Source of the DNA: Octopus sinensis
Taxonomy: Eukaryota
Direction: 5' to 3'
DNA length: 64,000 bases
Assembly: GCF_006345805.1 (NCBI RefSeq)
Contig: NC_043005.1
Coordinates: 35,836,001 to 35,900,000 of the forward strand
Part shown: positions 27,001-36,130 of the stretch, in pieces
Layout of the letters: each line of letters opens with the position of its first letter
Position numbering within the stretch: position 1 is the first letter of the stretch
The notes under the pieces: model-generated
The model's input: the letters and a program-made list of their open reading frames with translations, nothing else
Databases searched by the model: none
Told to the model about the DNA's origin: nothing
Made by a program: the position numbers and the translations under genes

Positions 27001-27796
27001 CAATTCATCTAGCACACCAACCTCCGTTTGACCCCTTGGCTATCATCGATCCCCTGCAATTCCTCGTCGACTCCCAGGGGGTCCCTGCCTTAAGGCAACG
27101 ATATTGTTTATTTACGTACTATGGAAAGGTGTTTAAGGGATACAAATGTAAGGGACACAATCAATTTATGAATATTACTTTGCAAAGAGTTACCTCCCCT
27201 GCCTACAATAGCCATCAACCCCAGGAATGGAGCTTTTTCTTACCCCCAGAAGCCCCATTTCTCCACATGTAAAAACTCTGAAGTGTTGTACCTTCTCTAG
27301 AACATAAGTGCATAAATGATATATGTGACAAGCGTGAACAAAATCGAATGAAAAATATTGATTTTTAATGGGGTTCCAGTAAATGGCCTGGCACTTTGTA
27401 AAAATTAATATGTAAATTAAAAGTAGATTAATACATTAAAAAGGATGTGGAATGAATAACTTTTGTTAATCTTTGGGTAAGCGATATACATGTTCACATT
27501 AACCCAATTTTAGAAGTAACATTTTATTTTGAAAATCACTTAAATAGCAACACCGTTTCCATGACCACTATTTCATGTCCACATGGCTTGGACACAATTT
27601 TGTGGAGGTAAATTTTCTATGGCCAGGTGCTCTTCCTGTTACCAACCCTCACCTGTTTTTCAAGTCACAAAACATCTCCCCATGAGCAGACATATTTTCA
27701 AAGAAGACAGTTACAACTATCATATAATTAGGTGTGACAATGTGGTAAGAGGCTTATGAGTGGATTTGGTAGACGGAAACAAGCAAAAGAGTAAAA

Positions 27797-27845
<49 letters not shown>

Positions 27846-28142
27846 TATTGAATATAATTAATAATAATGATAATAATGATAATCATCATCATCATCATCA
27901 TCGTTTAGCGTCCGCTTTCCATGCTAGCATGGGTTGGACAGTTGAACTGGGGTCCGGGAAGCCAGAAGGCTGCACCAGGCCCAGTCTGATCTGGCAATGT
28001 TTCTACGGCTGGATGCCCTTCCTAATGCCAACCACTCTGTGAGTGTAGTGGGTGCTTTTTATGTGCCACTGACACAGGTGCCAGATGAGGCTGGCAAACG
28101 GCCACGATCGGATGGTGTATTTTACGTGCCACCGGCACGGAG

Positions 28143-28177
<35 letters not shown>

Positions 28178-28665
28178 TAAATTAAATTAAATGTTTTTTA
28201 TAATATTTCCATAGTTCTCTAATATGTGGGACAGGAAAATGTACCATGTATTTGAGAGCGATGGAAATATTCTAAAAAAAAAACATTTCATTTCATTTAC
28301 CACAATTTAATTGTTTTTCACACTTTACTTTAAGTTGAAAAACTCGCAGACTGAAACTGGTACTAAAATGTTCTTCATGACAAAATCACTTTAGCATTTT
28401 CTACCTTGTCTTATTTTCCTTATACATATCAACTCGTGTGCTACTTTTCAACCTTCTACATATATATATATTTATATATATAGTGTAGCTGCTAGAATAA
28501 GAATAGCTTGGGCAAAGTTCAGAGAGCTCTTACCTCTGCTGGTGACAAAGGGCCTCTCGCTTAGAGTAAAAGGTAGACTGAAGGTCTGAGAGTTTCATGT
28601 ATTGGCATGTTTGATAAGTGCCAATGCATGAAACTCTCAAACCTTGAGTCACTCTGTTACTTCTG

Positions 28666-28733
<68 letters not shown>

Positions 28734-30669
28734 ATATATATATATGTATATATATATGTATATATATATATGTATATATATATATATAATGTATACATAT
28801 ATATGTATGTATATATATGTATATATATATATATGTATGTATATATATATAATGTATATATATATATAATGTATATATATATATGTATGTATATATATAT
28901 ATATAAATATATAAATAAATATATATAAATATATATACACCAATGGAAAGAGGAAGACAAAGAAAATTCTTTAACACATTTTTAATTTTAAGTTACAAAT
29001 GGTTCCATACCATCTCCATCTGCAACATGAGTTTACGTGAAAATTCTGAAAGGAAAATCACATAATATTTTCAGTTTTAGGCATTGGATAGGCATTTCCT
29101 CAGACTTCCATCAAAGTTGTGCTTCTACATTGTGCGTCTTTCAGACCTAGTTTTTAGAAAAAATATCAGCAGATCAAACTGGACCTCAGTAGATCCAACT
29201 GCACATATAAAGCTGTAAATGACAGCTTGTATATATTGGAGTGAAAAAACTAATTTGATAGAAAAAGTCGAAAGCTATAATAGAAGACACTTCTATTTTT
29301 ACACGTTTTGCCCAAGGGACTGGACTCAGAACTATGTGGTTGGGAAGGTAAGTTCCAACCATACAGCTATCCCTGTAATAATTGTAATATTTTGTCGTGC
29401 CTTACAAAACCTTTACATGGAAGACAAGGCATATCTTGGGATTCTTTTCCTAATGGGAATTGTACATCTTCCAAGTTACAGGAGCACAAATTCAGCTCTG
29501 AGACAGGAAATTGATGCCTAGGAATTGACATCTCATAAATATATATGAAAACACCTACATGTAATCAACTACAGTGTATTCAACCTACCTTCGCAAGTAA
29601 AACTGACATGACAACAGGTAAAATCAATAACAACAAGCAAAGAACATCAATGACAGAATCAAAAATTTTCACTGAATTCGTGCAGTAGTTGTATTTCATG
29701 ATACTTATACAAGACTAACTGCATTTAATCAAAATCTTAATTTTCTAGCATAACTGAAAGATTTGTAAAGAGAAAGCATGACAAGAATTTAAAGGTTAAA
29801 ATATATTTTATCTCTTTCAGGGTTCACAGTCACTAGTTATTGTTGAGGCCACCTAAATATAAAGTCTTTAAACTGTGAGGTTTGACATTGGTTGATATGA
29901 GTGATGAAGAGTAAAGAGTATACATGTAGCTTCTGGCAAAATGGGCTTATAATCCAATTTCAGATCATGTGACTTTCTACTTCATTTACGTTGTAAATCC
30001 TATTAGGAAAGATATGGATGAGATCAGGGTCAGCACTATGTACTATGCAAACTGGGCCATCAGGTGGTGCAGTAAATAACTTACACAATGAAGGTTGGTG
30101 ACTGGGAGAGCATTCATCCAAAGAAAATACGCCTCAATGATGTCGTCTCTGACTGATTCATGCAAGCATGGAAAAGTAGATGTTAAAATGATGATGATGG
30201 TGATGATTATGAGGAGGAGGATTTATTTGATAAAAATTGAAAATAACAACATGTTACTTAAACTAAAAACTAACTTGTTATATTTGAAGCAAAATAAATT
30301 ATGGCTTACCTCCAAGAGATTTGAAACGTAATTCTTTAAGACCAGTTTTTTTATATGTCGCATCATAATTCTTAGCTACGTATAAACTGTAATTCTCGTC
30401 TTCCACTTCAAGAAGCTCTCGTCCACGTATAATTTGAAGATTAGTTAGGGGTATGTAATCTGCATAAACGTGAATAATAAGAACATAACCAGTAATTTCT
30501 TTTATGGTCTCTAGAAATGAGAAGTCATATTTAATTGATAAATCAGTCAAGAAGACAATTTCCAGGTTGCCTTCGATATATGTACAGTTCGTGTATTTTC
30601 TCCGCAGTGTTTCATAACGGACCTGGGGTGAACCAGAATGAGAGAACTTTTGTCTTGTACCACGGCAAA
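1639..30669 (-). CDS. EGFR: EGF receptor (EGFR/ErbB family) gene, ectodomain part, 10 exons; continues beyond the left edge
   Basis: join of 30310-30669, 23560-23694, 21129-21212, 20075-20196, 18136-18277, 15379-15480, 14213-14318, 6867-7034, 4358-4548, 1639-1838. All have AG/GT borders and compatible phases (1,1,1,1,0,1,1,2,2,1,0), no stops in 1610 nt. Protein begins [16 protein letters not shown] (receptor L domain), then furin-like Cys repeats, a second L domain ([28 protein letters not shown]) and [12 protein letters not shown]. Confidence 0.95.
2061..2405 (+). mobile_element. tRNA-headed octopus SINE, family A, internally deleted copy
   Basis: A-box-like TGGCTGTGTGGTAAG, B-box-like GGTTCAGTCCC, central (TA)n, AAAGAAT-type tail. 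Confidence 0.8.
2482..2850 (+). mobile_element. octopus SINE, family A
   Basis: Same consensus. Further copies: + at about 9330-9790, 22908-23370, 45303-45620, 46563-46740, 55160-55560; - at about 7070-7500, 12340-12720, 39790-39975, 41076-41410, 44650-44830. Confidence 0.85.
2871..4138 (+). mobile_element. full-length Tc1-like DNA transposon (DD34E) with decayed transposase about 3055-4086
   Basis: ~29-bp TIRs CAGGGTTTGACAAAATAATGTAAACACC / GGTGTTTTCATTATTTTGTTCAACCCCTG flanked by TA. Motifs [40 protein letters not shown]; stops and frameshifts. Confidence 0.93.
4358..4548 (-). CDS. EGFR: EGFR exon, L2 end (191 nt, phase 2-1)
   Basis: ctattttag|AGAGAAA...ACATGTG|gtaaga; [47 protein letters not shown]...DNSDTC. 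Confidence 0.95.
4981..5432 (-). mobile_element. CR1/L2-type LINE 3' fragment
   Basis: [40 protein letters not shown]; short TTAAC-type repeat tail. Confidence 0.8.
6376..6737. repeat. 55-bp inverted repeat (54/55 identical) enclosing a (TA)n/(ATG)n microsatellite block; MITE-like
   Basis: 6376-6430 TGTGTATGAGACAGAGAAATACTGAGTGAGATTTCTCAAGTGCTTTTGTATGTAT versus reverse complement of 6683-6737. Confidence 0.9.
6867..7034 (-). CDS. EGFR: EGFR exon, L2 (168 nt, phase 2-2)
   Basis: gtgtttcag|AGACAGC...ATAGA|gtaagt; [55 protein letters not shown]. Confidence 0.95.
10539..10770 (+). mobile_element. tRNA-headed octopus SINE, family B
   Basis: AAGGCGGCGAGCTGGCAGAAACGTTAGCACGCCGGGCGAAATGC..GAGTTCAAATTCC (B box). 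Other copies about 7968-8187(+), 13150-13370(+), 15107-15310(+), 24560-24750(+), 25222-25454(-), 51082-51298(-), 55570-55770(-), 58372-58560(+), 61520-61700(-), 61720-61937(-). Confidence 0.85.
11201..11830 (+). mobile_element. 5'-truncated CR1/L2-type LINE 3' end
   Basis: [69 protein letters not shown], then 3' UTR and AT-rich tail. Confidence 0.9.
13632..13854 (-). mobile_element. piggyBac-type MITE, family 1
   Basis: Reverse complement of the 15734-15948 element; ends GTAACGAAAGGG|TTAA. Confidence 0.8.
14213..14318 (-). CDS. EGFR: EGFR exon, L2 start (106 nt, phase 1-2), missed by the ORF track
   Basis: ttttatag|CCTGTGAA...GATGG|gtaaat; [35 protein letters not shown]. Confidence 0.93.
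15379..15480 (-). CDS. EGFR: EGFR exon (102 nt, phase 1-1), missed by the ORF track
   Basis: gttgttacag|AGCATATG...CCAAAAA|gtaagt; [33 protein letters not shown]. Confidence 0.93.
15734..15948 (+). mobile_element. piggyBac-type MITE, family 1
   Basis: TTAA|CCCTTTCGTTAC ... GTAACGAAAGGG|TTAA: TTAA target duplication and CCC/GGG termini. Confidence 0.85.
18136..18277 (-). CDS. EGFR: EGFR exon, furin-like repeat / dimerisation arm (142 nt, phase 0-1)
   Basis: ccttatag|GCTTGTAGG...TGTCCAA|gtgagt; [47 protein letters not shown]. Confidence 0.95.
18499..19998 (-). mobile_element. Tc1-like transposon with decayed transposase filling most of an EGFR intron
   Basis: TIR core ACAAAAGAAAC(A/G)TCACAC at 18507-18524 and inverted at 19973-19990; [37 protein letters not shown]. 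Confidence 0.88.
20075..20196 (-). CDS. EGFR: EGFR exon, furin-like repeat (122 nt, phase 1-0)
   Basis: gtttttag|TGAGTTAT...TGTCTT|gtacgt; [40 protein letters not shown]. Confidence 0.95.
21129..21212 (-). CDS. EGFR: EGFR exon, Cys-rich 1 start (84 nt, phase 1-1)
   Basis: atttacag|GTGAGCCA...CAAAAAT|gtgagt; [27 protein letters not shown]. Confidence 0.93.
21301..21520. mobile_element. mariner-derived MITE
   Basis: Termini GAAGGGGTACTAAAAAGTTCCTGGCT / AGCCAGGAACTTTTCATCACCCCC, TA flanks; related fragment about 53140-53255. Confidence 0.7.
23560..23694 (-). CDS. EGFR: EGFR exon, end of L1 (135 nt, phase 1-1)
   Basis: tataatccag|AAATCCTG...AGGCAAT|gtatgt; [46 protein letters not shown]. Confidence 0.93.
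24125..24400 (+). mobile_element. Penelope-type terminal-repeat relic with degenerate minimal hammerhead
   Basis: GTTT-CTGACGA-A-GAGC-TCC-GCTC-AAAA-CGCA-AAAC at 24255-24289; CUGANGA core and helix II intact, GAAA and NUH mutated. Penelope assignment is inferred from the known association of minimal hammerheads with these elements. Confidence 0.5.
25157..25712. mobile_element. fold-back (palindromic) MITE interrupted by a family-B SINE
   Basis: Arms pair end to end (GGTAAAATATTCACGACTTAAAAGT / ACTTTTAAGTGGTGAATATTCTACC); SINE 25222-25454 flanked by a 17-bp duplication ATACTGTAATATTTACC / ATACCGAAATATTTACC. Confidence 0.85.
25921..26365 (+). repeat. tandem array, 5 copies of an 87-bp unit plus a partial copy
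   Basis: Unit starts at 25921, 26008, 26095, 26181, 26268, 26355 (TGCCTCCATGAGG..); copies almost identical. Confidence 0.95.
27890..28145 (-). mobile_element. octopus SINE family C with (ATG)n tail
   Basis: CATCATCGTTTAGCGTCCGCTTTCCATGCTAGCATGGG...GGATGCCCTTCCTAATGCCAACCACT. Other copies about 5920-6100(+), 14664-14935(-), 34230-34415(+), 43562-43930(-), 56440-56755(+), 57607-58050(-), 58725-58960(-), 61965-62240(+). Confidence 0.85.
28487..28580 (+). mobile_element. RTE-type LINE fragment
   Basis: [32 protein letters not shown]; similar short RTE-like pieces at about 33930-34050 and 36670-36782 (IVNCYKGKG). Confidence 0.65.
30310..30669 (-). CDS. EGFR: EGFR exon, L1 domain (360 nt, phase 1-1)
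   Basis: ttttattgcag|TTTGCCGTGGT...TCTCTTGGAG|gtaagc; [66 protein letters not shown]...[11 protein letters not shown]. Confidence 0.96.
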
Positions 30670-30673
30670 CTGC

Positions 30674-30918
<245 letters not shown>

Positions 30919-30934
30919 ACTGACATTCAAGAGC

Positions 30935-31390
30935 AAGTTATGAAAATGCCACACTGGAAATCTCCTGGACCAGATGGGAGACGAGGATTTTGGTTGTAAA
31001 GATATACAAGTGTTCATTCAAGACTAGAGGAGTACCTAAATTATTATATAGTACAAGAAGAAGTTCCAAGCTGGATAATAAATGATAAAACGAAGGGACA
31101 GTTTAGTTGGAATTTATAGGCTAATGCTTGAATTTTGTATGGAAGATGTAGAAAGGCATCTCTGCTGCAAAAGTGTGAGAATGATTACTTGCTTCAGAAT
31201 GGAACCAAGGATCATCTTGTTACTGACAATGAACCAAGAATCATCTTGTTATTGACAAAGCAATCAAGAATGACTGAAAAAGACAACTAAAGAATTTATG
31301 CATGGCTTGAATAGACTTTAAGAAAGTCTCTGACATGGTCCCATGTTTGTGGGTAATTGAAACGTCTGAGAATGTTTGGAATAGCAGAAC
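30935..31390 (+). pseudogene. decayed R4/Dong-like reverse transcriptase fragment
   Basis: KMPHWKSPGPDG..GFW; frameshifted MAWIDF.KV.DMVP motif. Confidence 0.6.
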
Positions 31391-32673
31391 CTGCTCCTTG
31401 TGTGGACCCGAAGTATATTATGGACTTTACATTTAGTGCATTGCATGTTTCCTAGATTAGCCTTAGGGCTCATGATATACTCAGTCAGGTACAGTTAATA
31501 GCATACATAACCTGAATATCTTCCTGCTTGTAGTTCAGTACCCGCATATGTATTCCTCTACTTTTGTTGAGTACACATTTTATTTTTCAACCCGACCTGG
31601 TGCCTTACCATTTAAGTGCCTGATTCACTCAAAACCTGATGTATTATATATATATAGGTAAAGATGCCCTTCGGTCATGAATGACCATGGGATTGAACCT
31701 AGAAAGTTAGCCTCTGAGGCACAAGTCCTGGCAAGGTTGTTTGTGGAAGAACATCAGTCACCCATGCATACCGACCTTCCCTCTCTGTGCCACCAATGTT
31801 ATCCAAAAGAAAAGCAAAGACCAATACAGCTTGGCACCAGTGATATCACATCTCATTTCTACAGATGAGTGAATTGGAGCAATGTGAAATAAATTGTCTT
31901 ACTTAAGAACACAACACACAGCCCAGTCCAGGAATCAAAATCACTACCTCATGTTTGTGAGCCTGATGCTCTGCTCTAATGCCTGAGCCATATATATATA
32001 GTTATATAAAGGAGAACTAAGATCAATTTTCTTTTTCAAGAATACTCATTCACTCCAAATATAATTTTCTGCCAACATAAAATGAAGCAGCTGCTATCAC
32101 TGAAAATCTAAGAAAACGGTGGTGTAAACACTAATTAATTTGATAGCAGTTCATCATCATTAATGATCAATATTATGTTTATCATTATCTTTGAGAGATC
32201 AAGAAAAGCGATAAGCTCTATCACTGGAGATTTCAACATTACTTCCAGAGATGACATGACATTCAGTGCTGGCCTAGGAAACTAAACAGCCTGACTCACT
32301 TCAAGCAGTTACAAATTATCACAGAGTAATTTTATATCTTGCACTATTTGAAATACATCAATCACTATATTAGCCAGGTCTATACAAATAATGTTCTTCA
32401 TCCTCCTCCACCACCCTCACTACCAAAATCATCTTTTAATATGTATCTCTCATGCAGATGGTTTGACATGATTTGACAGTTTGGAGAACTCTGGCATGAT
32501 TTCTGTGGCTTGATACCCTTCTTTATGTCAACTTCATTACAGAGGAGTGTACTTGATGCATTTTTTGTCGAATTGACACTAGTGAGGTCACCATGTAGCT
32601 CACAAGACCAAGACCGTCTTTGACTGAGTGGGAATCCAGCAGAGAGGGAAACAGTAGAGATGGAAAGTTGCAG

Positions 32674-32920
32674 CAGTTGTTCTCAACCACTTTCTGTTTA
32701 TAGACCCCCTTGGATACCTATTTTACTCGGGCAAATCCTCACAGCCATTCAATGTTTAAAAAATAATATCATATTTTTGTAATTAAATATTATTAGGAAT
32801 TGCATAAAAATTTTTTTTTTATATTTTGTGTACTGTAGGAGTATAACCAATTGAATTTTAATAACAAAATCTTACGTGAACCTTGCCAAGGGCCATATGA
32901 ACCCTGGTTGAGAACCATTG
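32674..32920. mobile_element. hAT-type MITE
   Basis: TIR CAGTTGTTCTCAACC / GGTTGAGAACCATTG; 8-bp flanks only partly match. Confidence 0.7.
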
Positions 32921-34700
32921 GGTTAGAGTATGAAGGAAGGGGCTGGAACAGGCTTCTTGCTGTAGGAGAGATGTACAGGTGGTCACATTATACAAGAATG
33001 GGTGGGAATAATCAATGTGGACTTGGAAAGAGAGATTAAGATAGTAATGATGGGGTGTCAGAGTGGGCCTTAGGGGCAGAAGAACAGGAAAGATGGAAGA
33101 GTAGGTATTGCAAATATGTGTGGAGAAAGTGAGGAATAGTTATGGATTGGAGTAGGGGTGTGAATCTACTGAATGATGAACAAGGGTAGCTAAATCCTCT
33201 CTTTGCAGGACTATATAGTAGAAGAAACCCAAGGTTCTGTGCTGAAGGAGTGAGCACCAAATCACAAGGCTGTAAAGAGAATGTCATTCTTATAATTATC
33301 ATACAGTTTCAGAATTCACTTGCAGAAAGGATTTCTTACACAAATGCACATCTTCTTTAGTTACATTTGTGCATGTAGTCTGCAGCAGCTGTCAACATTG
33401 CATTTTAATTATAGATAACCCAAGTACTGCTGTCTATTGGCACCTCTCATTCAGACAGCTTCCATTAAGTTTGGTAAAATCTTTCTGCAAACTTTCCACC
33501 TTCTAAATATGAAACTAGTTCCTGCCATTCTGTTTCATTGAAGCATGAAATCTGTAAAGCAACTTGCTCACATTCAGTAACTTGTCTTACTATCAAGCCA
33601 TGTCTTTTTTTTATTTTTTACCTCCAAGTCTATAAGATGCCAATTTTTAAAGATCTATGCTATTATTTTTGGTGTCTTGACATTGGAAATGCTTTCTTCA
33701 TTGGAACTTTTCCAGTTCCCAAGAAAGTGGAATATATACTTCAATGACTTAATCATTTACTTATTATTTAGAACTATGTTTCGTCTCTTCCAAGATAAAT
33801 GTCAGCTGTTTCTGTCTGTGAGATAAATCCCAGCTTTAAAACCTGCAAACCTAAACTTAGTCATTATTTTTTGTTTTCTATCCCTCCATCACTGCTACTG
33901 TGCATCACTTTTTGGACTTGTAGAATGCAAGGACAAAAACTGCATTGGCTGAGGACACATGTATATGGAGGACAACAGATGTGCAAAGAAGAGACAAGAA
34001 TGTGTGGAAGATGAAGACGAAGGAAGGCATAGACAGAAGTGGCAAAAGCTGATTTCAAGGTTCAGAATGCTGAGCCTTTTGGACGAAATGATAAAGGACT
34101 CAAGAAGACCCATACCCCATCCAGAGCAGAAGTTTTAGGACTGCTTCCCCTGATGAATAGGACTGGCCTGCAAGAGTTCTGTGGTAGTACCATGTAAAAA
34201 AAACACTTGTTCCGGTGCCACATAAAAGTGCTTGTGCTGGTGCAACATTAAAAGCACCCAATACACATTGTAAAGTTGAGACTGTAGAAACCAAACCAAA
34301 TCAGACTGGAACCTGGGGCAGCTTCCCAGCTCTGGTCAAATCATCCAACCCATGCCAGCAGGGAAAATCGACATTAAAGGATGATGGTGATGATAATGAT
34401 GATGATGATGATGACTGACAAAAGAATGCAACAACATTGTTATTATATCTGAACTTGTGTCAGTTTTCTGAGTTCAAAACCTAGCATGGTTTTCTTTGTT
34501 GTTCCTTTTAGTGGGGAAGATTAACCATGTTCTATTACAACAAAGTAAGTAACACTAACCCTCTGGCATTCAGAGTACTCTGTCAAATGTAATGTTTATT
34601 TATTCACATTGTTTTGAATTAATCATCCATTACCTTATAGCTATGAAATTTTGATGATGTGATTGTGTATTTTTATTAAATAAATTTCACTGTAAATAGA

Positions 34701-34843
34701 TATATTCGCAAGGGCTTGGTAGGTATCAACGCTAGCGAGGACACGCTACCCTGAACTGTTGATGGGTAATACCCAGAAACATACATGTATTCAGGCTGCT
34801 GTTCCTAGCTGGTGGCTGTGCTTGCCTCCCCTTTGCGAATATA
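34701..34843 (+). ncRNA. rod hairpin with apical type I hammerhead-ribozyme fold (copy A; A6U core variant)
   Basis: Helix I CCTGAA/TTCAGG (34750-55/34790-95), core CTGTTGA, helix II TGGGT-AAT-ACCCA, GAAA, helix III ACA-TACA-TGT, GTA cleavage triplet (after 34789); outer stem TATATTCGCAA/TTGCGAATATA. Confidence 0.6.
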
Positions 34844-35211
34844 AGAACCCAGAAAATGTGTCAAAGCCGACAGGAAGCGTCGATGCTTTCTAGGGCTATA
34901 TAGCGGTGGTATAATTCCCTCTACGGGACTGTCACGTTATGTTGACTTTATACAACAACTCTATCGCTCCACCACTGCTCATGTCTCGTTGAGACATTTA
35001 GAAATTCATTATTTCTAATTATATATATATATATATGACAAAACATTGATGTATGTTGCTCTGAAAAAAAGGGATTTGATGTGAGTTGTCACTATCACTT
35101 GCTTTCAGGTGTTTTTATGCAAAGGGCATTGAAAATATATTCTCTTACACCTAAAAAACATAGCTACCTGATGAACTAACAACACACACCTCGTGAGTAT
35201 CTATTCAACTT

Positions 35212-35251
<40 letters not shown>

Positions 35252-35741
35252 TATGTACATGTTTGTCTCACCCTACTGCTTAATAACCAGTGTTTATATC
35301 GTTATGACTTAGCAGTTTGGCAAAAATGATCAAGAGGATAAGTACTACACTTAAAAAAGTAAGTACTGGGGTCAAATTGTTCAACTAAGATCTTTAAGGT
35401 GGTGCCCCAGCATTACACTGTCTCATGAGTGAAATAAGTAAGAAATAAAAGATAAAAATAATAATAGGAAACAAAAAAAAAAGCAGATCAAAAGGCAATA
35501 CAGAAAAAGGTCATGTTAATAATGACAATTAGATAGAAACATTTATAATGTTACAAAAATGGCTAGCTGCCCAGATCTGAAAGCTCTGCACTGAATGGAT
35601 AACGTTTTATGATTGAATAAAGTTTGGTTTCATCATTTTATTGTCGTGCAGTTACTGTTTATACCTCGTCCAGAGATTTATTATTGCTTGCATACAGTTT
35701 TTCGAGATCAGTGACAAAAAGTTACTGGAAAAACGATATAA

Positions 35742-35874
35742 GTATTTGCATTGGGACTCCTTTCATCGAAAACCGGTAATTGTCGTACGCTGATGACATG
35801 TCAATACCTAGAAACTGCAGTCCGTGCGTATCACTTAGGTTGACGAGGGAAGGATGACCTCCCTTTGCAAATAC
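35742..35874 (+). ncRNA. rod hairpin with apical type I hammerhead-ribozyme fold (copy B; canonical core, weak helix II)
   Basis: Helix I CGTACG/CGTGCG (35784-89/35823-28), core CTGATGA, GAAA-C-TGCA-GTC (cleavage after 35822); outer stems GTATTTGCA/TGCAAATAC, GGGA/TCCC, TCCTTTCATCG/CGAGGGAAGGA. Confidence 0.6.
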
Positions 35875-36130
35875 CTTAAGGGCACAGAAAGTGTGCCTAA
35901 AGCCAGCTGGAGACGATGTTCTCCTGGGGCTACAAGCTACAGTAACACCCACACTTAGTGGTTAGCCATATTGAGATGGCAAGTATACCTCACATAACAT
36001 TTTATAGACTCCATGCAAATGAATCAAAGTTCCAGGATTAAAGTTTATTTGTTATTTGTGGGGATGACTTCATGAGACAATAGGTATAAAGTGGGTTCAT
36101 TGGGAAAACTATAAAACAACTTGTACTTGT

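Noticed and set aside
33300-33800. Possible Tigger/pogo DDE remnant on the minus strand
   Set aside because: Only a faint PIDSS.VI resemblance to QPMDQGVI; too decayed to call.
34701-34843. Bacterial retron msr-msd interpretation of the terminal inverted repeats
   Set aside because: No adjacent retron-type RT; the hammerhead fold explains the interior better.
35178-35200. CTGATGA between the two hammerhead cassettes
   Set aside because: No downstream GAAA or helices.
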